Assembly (NCBI GenBank): GCA_964247055.1
Contig: OZ176050.1
Span: 10,912,001 to 10,976,000 of the forward strand
Reading direction: 5' to 3'
Length of the DNA: 64,000 bases
Source of the DNA: Paragordius varius
Taxonomy: Eukaryota > Animalia > Nematomorpha
Shown: positions 13,269 through 27,400 of the stretch, piece after piece
How the letters are laid out: each line of letters opens with the position of its first letter
Numbering within the stretch: the stretch's first letter is position 1
Program-made: the position numbers and the translations under genes
The notes under the pieces: model-generated
Database searches by the model: none
Seen by the model: the letters and a program-made list of their open reading frames with translations, nothing else
What the model was told of the DNA's origin: nothing

Positions 13269-14715
13269 ATGGGAGTCGTTAACGGATTGATGTAATATAT
13301 TTTTACTTACAAGTTTAGAACTATCGGTAAAGGGAGTTTTTTGGGTTATTGTTTATATTTTACGATAAACCGAAACTTTTGGGGCGATCCACATTATAGT
13401 CCACCTAAGTTGCATATAATCCAAAATAAGCTTTTTCCTAATATGCCCGAAAAGTTGGCCCAAGTATTTTTTTGTAAAATTTCAGTTACCAACTAAACAT
13501 AATATTGATATAGCTGTCAGGAATAGTTGGAATAAAGGTAAATAATATTAACCGTATTTGTAAAATTAGCTTGTTAAGTAAACGATCTTAAACTTTATAA
13601 ATGCAAATCATTTTTTACAAAATGTTAAAACATTTTTGACCGTTTATCTGAACAGCGGTTTCAATGGTTAAACAAAATATTTCAACACTATTTTCAAATT
13701 TTTACAATATTAATTTATTTGTCAATATTTTAGCAAAAGTTTTTAGTTTATCTTAAATATGTAACAAACGAAATATTTTTAGTCTGTATTTTTTGCGGCT
13801 AATTTTTCACATCCTGTTATAAAATTGGGATATATAATAAATAGAATTGGGCCGAAAAATAATTGAATGTGGAATCAGATATTTTGTCTTTAATAAAATG
13901 GGGATTTAATCACAAACAATAGAGTGGTTTGGAACCGGATCCCAAACTTATCAATAGATAAATGATTTACCCTCAAAACTTTGAAAAAAAAATGTTAAAC
14001 ATTCCGTTGTTTAATTTTCTATCGATTTATCATTTTATTATGCCATTAAAACATAAATATGTACATTCTATGGGATTTTAGGTGCATTATTTTAAAAAAA
14101 TTTTTTTTATGTGTTAAAATCTCTCAAACTTTTTGCCGCCATATTTTTAAATTTTTCGTAATATTTTTAAAATAACTAACATGTAATATGGAATACATAA
14201 AGTTATTTTATTATTTTTACAGTAAATTTTTGTTTATGATTAATTTTAAAATCAGCTGTTTCTTACAGATGGATTTAAGTGCTATCTAAATTTTAGATTC
14301 TATTACACCTTACACATAATAAGAAGCTTATATCCACATTAAAAGCTTTCATTTAACACCTTTAGAAAAAGTTTTTATTATTTTATGATAATATTTTAAG
14401 AAGGGATTATTATTTAATATATAGGGCGCTAGAATTTTATACTGTGTAAGTGCCAGACAATCATCACTGTTAGCCCAAAGCAGGCGTGTGTTAAAGCTTG
14501 CACGAATTCTCCTACAATTTAACTTTTACTCTTTGATAAGAATGGCAAAAAAGAGTTTATTTTATACAATTTTAATTTTTTATATTATTATAATTTTATA
14601 TCTCTTAGCCGTGTCAAACGTGATGGAAACAGGTGCTAATATTCCAGCCATATGTGTACGTGGCATAAAAACGCTTAAAAATTATGTCAGAGATCCTACA
14701 TCTATGGAACATTGA
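13269..14715 (+). CDS. MICOS13: MICOS complex subunit MIC13/QIL1 (108 aa). Exons 13269-13291, 13319-13463, 13486-13537, 14609-14715
   Basis: Spliced product MGVVNGLITIGKGSFLGYCLYFTINRNFWGDPHYSPPKLHIIQNKLFPNMPEKLAQLPTKHNIDIAVRNSWNKAVSNVMETGANIPAICVRGIKTLKNYVRDPTSMEH. It shows the MIC13 pattern (N-terminal KG-x-x-x-G-x-x-Y segment, WG motif, R-x-SWN). Exon lengths sum to 327 nt. Confidence 0.8.
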
Positions 14716-15728
14716 TTATAGAAAAGCAATAAACAAAATTTTGGAATGAAACTTATTAATTGTTACTTTATATACAAACAAAAATAAATTATCAATGTCA
14801 GTGTTTCGGTTTCTTTATAAACTTACTTTAGTTATTTTTTGGAACCTAAAACAGCAAATTCCCCGTTAAATACCAAATTTATCCTCTACTATTTTGATTT
14901 ACCCTTAAATATGCAATCTCCCTTATAATCATTTCATATAATTAAATTGTGTTTTCTAGTCCAGAAACACATATTTTTTTAGGAATTTTAACTGTTTAAG
15001 GTGATATTGAAAGGTCAACTGTTAATTAGAAATGAGTTATGAGTTGGGATTGTTTAAGAATAATTTTAAAGCTAAACATATCAAAAGGTGGCAGTTTTAG
15101 GTTTCTTAATGTTTCTACTTTTTTTGAGTGAAATTTTTTTGACCTACGGAATTCGAGATAAAATTCTACACTTCAAGTTTTAATATGTTATCATACAGAA
15201 TTCGTGCAGTTTCCTCTTATGTTTTTAAAATTTGAATCCATATACCACCCGAGAAAATTTTCAAGGGGAGAATAAGTTTTATATGTCTCATATTATCAAT
15301 GAAACAGCTCTGGCTTATCTCAATTTTAGGGCTTGGTATAGTGTAATAGCAAATTTTTGGTGGTTTAATATAATTAGTGGAGCATTATTCGCCCACCATA
15401 TTTCTTTTAATCCATTTAGGGGGTATATCATTATAAAATTTCTAAAAATAACGATGTTTATATTAAGTGCAGTCGTAGTCTTATGTCCTTACCAAATTTT
15501 GCAGCTCGTACAAACAACGTTTCAAAATTGACAGTTGTAAACTTAATTTATCAGGAATATCAACATACTCATTTAGTTTTGGGGGGTGATAGACTTAAAA
15601 AGTATCAACCTTCCTATTTAAAAAAAATGGATAGCGAATTCGGCGCACACCATAAGTATTTTTTTACTATAATAAGCTAAATCTAAATCGATATAATAAT
15701 TTATTTCTACACTATAATAATTTTTGTA

Positions 15729-16233
15729 TACCATTTGCACTTCAAGTTGCTCCTTTTGTCATTGAAAACTTCAAGTTGGTTCTTGAACACTTCAAGTAGG
15801 TCCTTAAACATTTTGAGTTGATCCTTCAAAACTTTGAATTGGTCCTTAAATTTTTAACGTTTGGATTTAACCATATGTTCGCATTTTTTATTTTAATATT
15901 TTTTAATCTAGTTTTCTTTATATATTTATTGATTTAAATTTAATATTTTTCAACTAACCCACTTTTTTTGGCAAACTTTTTTTTAAAATGCTGTTGAAAT
16001 CTTCAATATTAAAATATTTTTTTATAAAATTAAAAAGTACACGGTTTATGAATGATAAAAGGCTGATATCGGTAGTTTAGATTAAAGAAAGACAAGAATA
16101 GGTTAAAAATGATAAAAAAGATGAATGATACATGGTTAGATTGATAAAGTTAAAAACAAAATTAAAATGAAGGACCAATTTGAAGTAGGACCAATGAACT
16201 GTTTAAGGACCAACTGAGTAAGTGCAAATGGTA
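15729..16233. mobile_element. TA-flanked MITE with subterminal tandem repeats (variant of family A)
   Basis: TIR TACCATTTGCACTT / AAGTGCAAATGGTA; repeated ACTTCAAGTTGGTCCTT-like units on both arms. Confidence 0.65.
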
Positions 16234-17181
16234 GAGTTTCTCAAAACCTCATTCGCTTGTGCGCAAATGCAAAATTGTAATTCCGCTTTAATAAATTTTA
16301 ACAATAAAAATAAATACATTAATTTTTGCTAATAAGATGCGTATTTTTAGGAGTCCCTCATCTGACTGGAGGTTGCTTAATATATATCAAAAACGTTATT
16401 TTACATATAGTAAAAATAGAATTTATTAAAAAAAATCTATTTTAAAAAACGACCATATCTTTGAAATGAATTTTTCTTATAACTTATCAGTATGTTTTGC
16501 AACATAAGTAAGATATGTAAATTGGTAAAAAACTCTATATATTACATGATTGTAATCAAAGGTAAATAGAAAAAATCTCGGTGTAAAAAATATGGACGTC
16601 CTAACAAAAATATTTTCTAATTTGTACCATATTTTGATTATGCAAACTATTTGCTTTAAATCCAAAGTCGGTTATAAATTGATTTGAATATTATCAGGCC
16701 TGATCATCTGCTTATGGGTATAACAAGCTTTTAGCAATGAGGGTTTCTGTAGTTTTATATTTTTTATTTTTTAATGATTATCGGTTATGTTTTCTTAACC
16801 TTTTGATCACACAAGAATAAGGAAGGATTTAATATTTTGAAGCATAGTCTAATACTATTCGGACAATTTTAGGCTATTACCATTTAGTTTCAAGCTTATT
16901 AATAATTCATGTATTCCTTCGTTTCAAATAATCGCAATCGTAAAAACTTTTTTAGTGAGGAATCACGATGAAGATAACCAAATTAACATTTAAAAAGTTA
17001 TAGTCATGTATATCTAGAAATATATAGTGACAATATTTAATGTGTAACATAGAATTGTATGATTTGATAGTTACGGTCACAACTTTTAACTCAGTTTCTT
17101 TAAGCAACGTTTAGTTTCAGTGATGAGGAGATAAATTTTAATTTTTTTATAAATAATAGGACAGGTACAAATAACACACAC

Positions 17182-17184
<3 letters not shown>

Positions 17185-17241
<57 letters not shown>
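17185..17241. repeat. (TA)n microsatellite; others at about 18368, 28924, 35417, 40729, 52700, 55372, 57318, 60186, 60455
   Basis: Uninterrupted TA dinucleotide run. Confidence 0.95.
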
Positions 17242-17243
<2 letters not shown>

Positions 17244-17471
17244 AATAATTTTTACAAAAGCATAATTTATTAGCGCACTCTAGTTATATTTATTAATATT
17301 AACACTTATATATTCTATAAATATAAATATATATTATTGGAATAATATTTGAGTTATTAAGATATTACACCATTTTCAAGGGGACAAAAGAAATAAATAT
17401 ATATGTCAATTAAGATCATAATTGCAATTGTTCTACAATTACGCTATTTTGCGTAAAAGTTGTAGATTAAG

Positions 17472-18365
17472 TTAGTGGTTAATATCACCTTGATGTGCTG
17501 CCAAAAATCTAAGAATAATTTTTATATAAATATATTATAAAATATTGTCAAATATGGTTATTATTATTACTTCATAATTAATATCTTCAACGCTAAAACA
17601 TAGATTGACTTAAATTTTATTGAATTCCATATATAAAAAAAATTTTTTTGAAAAATATAAGGAATAAAACATACTTTCGAGCTCGCTGAAGCATTTCTCT
17701 TTTTCTAAGGGTCAGCAACGTTTCTCGCATTTCTGAATTTGAATCAAACCTCCCTTTATATGTTATAAATGGACTGTTCTCCCTAAACAACACATAATTA
17801 ATATTGGCAAAAATATTCAAGAATAATGAGTTAATTTGTTTGATATTTGGTACAAATGTTGCAAATATAAAAAACAATATATTTTTAGGAATTGGATAAA
17901 AAAGGATGTAATTATTAATTTTATTCTGCCTTTGTATTTCAAGCATATATTTTTATTTATATAATATAATTGTGTAAATTCTGTGATAATCAAACTTATT
18001 TAAACGTGAATTTTTCTTTAACAGGAGTAAAGTTTGTCAAACTTAAAAGATAGAACAAATTTAAACTATTTAAATTAAAATTGGATTCACAAAAAAAATC
18101 TCAACTCTTTCCATTATTTAACCTCTAGATTTACAAGTGTTTTAAGGCTATCAAATTATGGGTTAGCAGACCACTGTGACAACTGTCTACTAGAGACATT
18201 TACAGACTTCACAAAGTCAATTTAATGTTATAGTCTTTACGCATTTAAAAAATGTTACAAATATTTATTTGGCGAAAAACTCGTAAATAAAAAAAATAAC
18301 ATAATTTTCGACCTCCGTATGGAAAATCAGAGATAGCCGTTTGTTACGGATTATAACTATAAAAC

Positions 18366-18409
<44 letters not shown>

Positions 18410-21400
18410 GCATAATCCGTACATTAAAATATTATACTAATCATTCATTTTTGTTTGGAAAAATATCAAGACGCGTTTTTTTGTGGACAATGTCTGCTTA
18501 ACTCTTAACTTGTAATAATGATTAATGTTTGAAAAATATGTTACCTGGTAACTGGATGTTTATTTTCACTCTCAGTGAATGGTAATTTTGCTTTAGATGT
18601 TGATGCTATATTATCAGCATTATCATTCGGTTGTGATACTCTGTTAGGTAGTGAAGAATTTGATTTGCTTTGATTATCGTTGGAAAAGTCATCTTTTTTA
18701 TTCATAATTTTATCCCCGAAATAATGAGAAAACCCTTCCTTAACATTAATTGTAGAAAATGGATTTTTGGATTGCACATTATCCTTTTCCACGGATTTCG
18801 TTGCGCGAGTAGGACATTCCTTTGTAATTTGGTTTGATGTGTCATAATTTTTGAAGACTGAGAAGACCATATGAATATAAACATAATAATAGCATTATAT
18901 TTGATGTGAGATAGTCATAAAAATATTATTTAAATTATTTTAACGATGTGGAGATCGCCGTAAAATACAATGTAAAATAAAATATAAGCTATTGATTCCC
19001 AAATTTTCGCTCTAAAGCATGGGTGCCCATCACGCGGTCCGCGAATAATTTGGGTATCCATAAATTATAATAATATGCTCAAAAAATCTTAATAAAATTT
19101 ATATTTTTTAAATAATTTACAAAATAAATCTATTCTATTAGCAAACTAGAAAAAATGCTATATTGTGTTTATTTTACACATTTAGGTTTGAAATTTAAAA
19201 AATTATTGTTAAATGTCCATATATTTTTCGAATAGGTCCGGCGTTTTTTTATTTAAAAATGCTGCCCGCGTAGCCATTTGTGTGGAACACACCTGCTCTA
19301 AAGGCATCCTCATGAGAATCAGTTTGTATAAGAATATAAATAATATTATCAAATATCACTATGTGCGCACAAAGCCTACTGAATTAGAAGAAAAAACTTA
19401 GTCAATTTATTGGGTTTGGTGTTGATTTTTTACCTATTAAAAAATATTTCTAATAACAAACATGAAATCCGGCAAAAACTATGGTAAAAATGATTTTACA
19501 GGAATTGCATTTGAATAAATACAATAGCCCAAAATGTAAAAGCTCACAATAAAAGCTCTAAAATAATTAAACTATTTATTTAATTTTGATTATATTTTTA
19601 TAATAGTTTTTTGCCCTTTTTGGGTTTAGTGGAATGGAGTTATTTGTTCTTTGCAGGAGCCTAGAATGACTAGTCTATTACAATATTTATTGGATAATCT
19701 TGTTTTTCTCGAATAAATCATAAATCAACACCAAACTTAATAATTAATTGAAATTTTATTTTTATAATACAATATGCTTTGTGTGCACATATATAATATT
19801 TGATAACACTGGACAACAAATTTTTCTGCCATTCGAGTTTTTTGAATTTTCTGATATTTAGTATCATTTTAACAGAAAATCTGAAATAAAAATTATAACT
19901 CGTTGGAAGAATTTTGTATAATTTGATTTTTTTGATTATGCGCCCTCTTTATCAAAATTTTACTAAAAAATATTTTTCTTTCAAAATATACAAGTAATGC
20001 CCATTTGTAATATATCATTCGAAAGAGTAATAAAAACTCTATAAAATGCATACTAATATGTATTACATCGACACTTAATATTGGACACAAATAGCGACAA
20101 ACGCGCGAAGCGAGAGCATTTTTTTTAATTATTATATTTTTAAAACTAATGGATGAAAATAGCTCAAACTTTGTTTAGATGGTGATGAATGTCCAAAAAA
20201 GATAACACAAGAAAGTTTTTTTGATTAAAACATTTTTTTATTGCTTTTATGTCTCTCAAAACAGCCATTTTTAGGTTTTTTGTTTTTAAAAAACTACCAT
20301 CTCATCAATATTAATTTATTTTCTTTATAATGCTGATAATTTCGAAATTTTAAAGACAAAAACAAAGTTTAAGGTATTTTTGATCTTTTATAGCCATTAT
20401 GGAATAAATTTACAGTTATAACTATGCATTTTAGTATCCACTAGGTAAAATATTTATGATAATAATAATTTTTATTAAAAAAGCAAGCCAAAAGCTTTTT
20501 CAAACATTTTTTTAAAATTAAATACTAATATAACCCTAATAATTATATTAAAATAATTTATATGATTTTCAAATTAGTTTGTCTGTGAAAATTCTTGACT
20601 TATTTAAGGATTGAAAATTTCGACCATTTAAATCCAAATAACTTTTACATCCGATTGATTTAAATGACTTACTACCATTTAAAAGATGCAGTTTTTTGCG
20701 CTCTTACGAATGATATAAAATACATGGCTTCATATATAAAACATTTAATTTTCGAAATTTCGAGTTTAATGTTAAATCGGGACCAAAAATTATCGATAAA
20801 CTCTAATATAAAAAAATTCTTCCATGCTAGACCAATTTTCTTTTCAGATATACTAATTATGTACTTTAATGAAATAAATTTTAAATTTACAAGAATGGCA
20901 GTTAAAAAAAGTTAAAATTTGTTGTCTAGTGTAATTTATATTACAGTAGCGTATGGCATAAAACAATATTTGTCCATATAACGATTTAAAATATTTTTTC
21001 AAAAAACAAGGGGACATTCATTATGGATATGTGTATATACGACTAGGCTTGTTTTTATAAAAATACATTTTTTTTATTCTTTTATGGATTAATATTGTTT
21101 TATGCTATACTCTACTGTGAGAGAATTAAGGACATTTGGTTGGCACATTTGGTATAAAAGTTTTTTTGTGAAATACAGCATATTTAAAAATGTTTTTTAT
21201 TGAAAAATTATTGAATGTTAATGAATACTCAGAGGAAAATGAAGCAACCATACCAAAAATTCAACAAATTAATACATCTTCTAGAAATGTATTACAGGAT
21301 ATATCCAGTATTTATTAATATAATTAAATTTTAGATAACGTTACTAGTAAAAGATTGGATGATGGGAAAACTACAAAAAGGATTAAAAAATCTAAAAGTT

Positions 21401-24400
21401 TTGCAACAATTTATAATAATGTTTTTAGAAAATTATTTTTGGACCACCGAAAAAATTAACGAGGCATATCGAATTTATTCTAAGCCAAATTTTTACGAAT
21501 ATTCAGTAGCAGATGTAGCCACTGTATTGGGGTTAAGACAACAGCATATTCATAAATTTTTGAGATATCTCCGGAATGATAATGAATTTACGGTAGAAAA
21601 AAAGGGCCCAAAATGTAAATGGAATGATCCAAATTCACTTGGTATTGTTAGAAAAATTGTTGATCAAGACAGGCATATCACCTACAAAGGTATATTAAGC
21701 CGCCTTCCAGCTGAGGTTAAGATTGGAAGGTCAACTTTAATCAAAATATTAAAGAGTATTAATTACAATAAAAAACGAATGATTAACAAAGTTCCAATCA
21801 ATTGAAATTTCACCTAGAACTATAGCAACAAGGTATTTAGTTTAGTTTATATTTTTTAGATATAAATAATAATTACGAGCTCTAAAAGCAAATAATATCT
21901 TGAGAAAAGGATGTTTTATCTTCATGAAACAGAATTTGATTTTAAAGCCTTATCGACATGTCCAGTTGATAAACAATGTTACCTTTAAAGAAAATGAAAG
22001 TAACTTCAAAAAAAGATATAAAAATAATTTCTGTTAAAATAAATTACAAAAATATAAGTTTGTTGTGCCTTATAGACATTTGATCATTGAATACCGAATA
22101 AAAGAAGTTTAAAGTAAAAATATAGAAGTTTCTAGAAAAATACAACATAAATCCTATTTTCAAAGAGACTACCCTATTCTTACCAATTGAATTAATTTGA
22201 AACTTGGTTAAAAACAACAATTAGGAAAATCCATCGAATACGTAAATTAGTCATTTAAAAAGCATTATGAAAATTCTCATAAAATTTTGGCAGTATATGT
22301 CTTATACAGAAAAAAGATTTACCTAATAAAAATGCATATGGAATTATATATCAAATATTATGTAACTTATCGCATTCAAAATATTATTCGAATTTTACAA
22401 TTATTTCACAACAGTATTATTAATAAATATATATATTCATTACTGTAATATACTGGTTTTTGATATTTGTTGCAAAATTATGAAAGAGTTAATTTTTGGA
22501 TAGTAAGCAAGCTCTTTTATCCAATCGTTTTCTGTAGAAAAATCATTAGTCTAGTCTATTAACTCTGAAAATAATGTAACTGGATTGATGAGGATGGCAT
22601 GGAATAATGCTGTAAATTTCATTTGACTGCAGATGTAATCCACTCTTTTTGATACCCGTGTTAAAGTGAGTACTCTATGATTTCATTTGATTGGTATGAT
22701 TGCAGTTTTACAGTATTGGGGAAAAAGCGTAAGTTTTAGGTAGGTGGGCAACATAGCCTTATACGTAGAGAAATGGCGATCCGAATATATAGAGAGAAAA
22801 TTAAAGTTGAAAATTTTTTGTAGCAACTTTTGTACGGATTATATTAATTGTTAGCTATTTCCCTTGTTAAAACTATATGCAAAAGAGGTAAGGAATTTTT
22901 CTAATAATCTTCTTTTGTAAATTTTAGATGTGACTCATTTAAAGCTCGGAATAAATTGTGTTGATTCGCGCTTAGCTAAAAATATGTCATCCATATCTTC
23001 TGGAAATTATATGTAATTATCTTTTAAGAATTGTTATTCTACTTAGGCATAATTGCCTGATGGGGCTTTAAGGTCGCATGTAAAAAAAGAGGATGAATAG
23101 AAAAATTCTTCCTTTTTTGGAGATATTTAACAAGGGAAAAAATGATAATAAGTTTCAAAAAAATGTTCAACTTTAGTTTCCTGTCTATAAATTCGAATCG
23201 CCCTTCCTCTTAAAAATACAAATATACCAAACAAATTAAATCGTACAGTACTTACTACAACAAGGCTATCAAAAAGAGTGATTACATCATCCGTAAACAA
23301 AATTTTGAGCAACATGACTCCCGTGAAAAAAAATCTCAACAGCATTTTTCTATGCCATCCCAATCCTGTTATAGTTTCACAGTCACCAGATAAAACTAGT
23401 GATTTTTGTACCGAAAACAATTGTATGAAATATGCTTAGCTACCATATAGGCCAACATTCAAAAATCTCGGGAATATTTTAAAAAAGCAAGATGACCTAA
23501 GAATGATTTATAAACCTAATACAAATGTTTTAAAGATAGTAAATTCTAGAGAATAGAAAAAAATATAGTGTATTGAACAAAATGCAAGAAATACACCGCA
23601 ACATGTAAAAGCCAGTCAAAACAAAGAATTACTGTAAGATATATGGAGCATCAAACAGTAAAAATTCGGCTATTTTTCTACATTACATAGATAACATTCA
23701 TACACAAATACACTTAAGCCATGGAAATAATACAGGTCGAGTTAAAAAAGGTAGCTTTTATTTATGCAGAGTTCAAAGTGTGTTTAGACGTGAAAAAAGA
23801 AGAAACACTGTAAATTAAATTCTCAACTAAAAACCATCATATTTTTAATCAAAAGCCATTATAAAGCCAAGATATTAAATTTTTAATAATTTAATAATAA
23901 TATTTTAATTTGTTTTATTTACATATTTCTTTGTGATTTTGCCTATATAAGCATGCTGTTATATCATGCTTTTATTAATTTTTTTATATTAATTATTGTG
24001 TTATATATAGTTTTTTCCTAACTAAATCTCCTGACGATGTCCATGACAAAAATTTGAGAATCGTTAAATTATCATATTTTACGGCGATCTCCACATCGTT
24101 ACATTAAAAACTATCGTCGTTACCCACTCAATATTATTTATATTGTTTATAATTTGTTAAAAACTTTTTATATTTTATGTAATTAACAATGGACATTATC
24201 TGACCTAATAAATTATTAGTAGAACCGGTTTTAATTTCCTCTATTTATGATTATTGAAAATAATTAGATCGGCATATTTACTTCATTGTAATACTATATC
24301 CAAAGCCGAAACACAATTTATAGTATTCAATCTTTGGCAAAAAACCCAAAATAGGATTAAAATTAAAATGGATATAAAAAGATTATACCATTTCCATTTA

Positions 24401-27400
24401 TGGTGGGATTGGCCCCATCCTCATCTTCAGTTAGAGATTCCTCCATACTATTTTCATCACTGCTTTCAATATCACCTAAAATAGTTGATTCATCATGGCT
24501 ATTATTATTATTGTTGTGCAAATAATTAACATTCCTGACATTTATGTTTGGGTTGATTGTGTTTAGAAATGAAAGTGAATGCTTATGAGTATTTATTAGG
24601 GTCGTCGTATTCAGATTTGAAACAATGTTGGGATCATTAATCAAGTTTTCAGCATTAGTCCTTTTTCTCCTTCTACGTAAAGATTGTGTGTTGTTAGAGT
24701 CTCCCCCGGCCAAATTGTAAAACTGGTGGTTATTGCTACCAACATTATCATTATTAGACTCATCTTCTATATCGTAGCCAGGTATAATGGTAGAGAGGGG
24801 GCCCTCTAAAATATTTTCTATGGTTCGGTCTACGGACCAAGTTACGGTCAAATCATCTCGAATACGCGATAAGGGTATGTTTGGGAAAATGTCGGATACT
24901 TGGCGAACCTAAAAAAACAATATAGTTTTAAATATCATTTTAACAAAAGGATCCAAAATCGTTCTATGAATATGAAACAGTTAATTTATTCTCCTAATAT
25001 TAACTTTACTTATAAAACTTGGGGATTAAACAAAACTAATGAAGCGAAACTCCTAACTAGTGAAAACCGAATACTCAAAAACTGCTCCCGTACATCATAT
25101 GTATATCAACTTTTATTAATAAACCAATAAATCGATCACATAATCCAAATCAATAGATTGCGTCTCTACAGGAATATTTAAAAAAGAGACGCAACCCCTC
25201 TTTAATATTAAAAATATTAATTTGATAGAAGAAAGGTACGACAACTCTTATCTCATAATCATATATTCAAAACTAAATTTTGAATTGTCTAAAACATTTT
25301 TAAGAATAAAATCATTTCATTAGAATTTACCCATGTTAGCCGATTGGTATTACAGAGGTGAATAAAATAAACAAATTTAAATGTTGTAGGATAGCATAAA
25401 TTGTTTAATTTTATTCCCTACCGATACGCTGTTTGCCGATTGACCAAAAATAATGTAAATTGGCCAACAATCTAGTGAATCATGTGAATCAACTTTCAAT
25501 AAAAACAGTTACAAAATTTAATTCATGTAAAAAGTTTCATTCATGCTCATCATCTTTAATGCAACAAATATATTATTTAAATCTGATCTACTAATAGAAA
25601 TTTTTATCAGAATACATTTATCCTCCCACTCCAAAATTTATATATATTTCATCTATGCCTCTTTCGAACATTTAAATATTTGGCCCAAATTAATAAGTTA
25701 GGATTAGCAAAAAAGATTACAAATACCATATTATCCATGATGTAAGATGTAACCGATGACAAAGAATTCGAAGAGGTGCTATTTGAAGTTTCATTGGTAA
25801 TAGGTGGTGGTTGAGAAGGAAATGAGTTTGTGATATTATTTGAAGTAGAGCTATTTACCGCATTTGTTGTATTTGTTGCATTATGGGTTAATGGTGTATT
25901 TGGTTGAGATATTCTAAGGTGTGATACATGAAGCGATATTGAAGGTAACCAACTTATGTATCGTGAAGCTAAAAAAATAAATATATGTATAAAAAATGAT
26001 AAAAAATAAAATAGATTAACATAAAGACCATGACATAAAAAGTGTATGCTTACATAAATGTCTTGTCTACTTTTAGAGTTATAAAATGAAAAATCTGTTT
26101 TAAGTTATTTTTGATAAATTATTTAGGTTAATAAACATTTAGCCTTTGAGGTTAGAATTTTAAAACACTAATTTTACAATATTAATTGATGAAGTAGCTA
26201 ACAACTCTACTACAATATGCTAAAAAAAAGTGTCCAGGTAGTTTTGCATGTTTATCAATGATAATGATAGGTAAACATGATTGATTTTAAATAATTAATA
26301 TTGAATTCAAAAAAGACATATAATTCAGATATGGTGTCAAAAAATAGTAAATAAAATTTACCATCGAAATGAAAGAATTGATTAACACGTCTAATTTGAG
26401 GCGAGGAAGTAGTTGTTACAGGAATTGTACCAATAGGCATTGTTGCACCTATCATGCGCAATTATAGTTCAAATATTAATTGCATTTTTAAATTTAATAA
26501 AACATAGAAAATTATTTAGTATTAGGAAACATTTGTGCATAAACATTTTTTAAAATATAAATAAGGACATAATGTTGACGTAAATGATTATACCATTTAC
26601 AATTAAGACTCTTGAACAATTCAAATTCACCCTCATACAATTCAAATGCACCCTCAAATAAATTATATGTTCTTTAAGATTAAAAATTACCTATATTTTT
26701 AAAAAATAAAATTTTATTTAAAATCAAAATGATACCAAAAAATAAATAAACTAACTATAAAGATATATTTTATATTAATAAGGAGTTATATTAGCTCAAA
26801 AACACAAAATTTATTTTTAGGGTGAATTTGAATTGTTCATGGGTGAACTTGAACTGTAAATGGTATATCTATCTAAATTAAAATTTACTAATGTCATATA
26901 TAATATCAAAAAGATTAAAAGCTTAAAATAAGGATAGCCATATAAACTAACATGCAAAGCCATTAATAAACAAAAAAACCATTTTGAATTTCAGTATCCA
27001 ATGTAGTAGGACTCAAATTTGTATCAAGACCATCTGTTAAAATTCGATCGTTTTCGAGTGCGGTTGCATTATTTTGCGTGTTTGGAGTGATGGGTGGGAT
27101 AGCATTTATGGTTACATTATTACTAAGCGATGCTGAAAGATTAAACAGGGAATCAAGGAGGAAAAATATGAGTCTTTGACATGCTGTATTCAACCAACCC
27201 AAAATGGTATCGATAAAGTAGAAAAAAAAATTGTTAAAAGATCTATTATTATTGTTATTAGTTATATTATTATTAATGTTAATGTTATCATTATTAACAT
27301 GTCTGTCTGTAGCTAGTGTTTCTAAAAGATTTTCTTCAAGCACATTATTATTGTTACCAATATCATTAGGCGGAGTTTGAATAGGACGATTGAGGTGTGC

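Noticed and set aside
21833-21859. 27-nt GT-AG segment in the IS630-like remnant as another micro-intron
   Set aside because: Removal does not restore an open frame (stop two codons later) and the region is decayed
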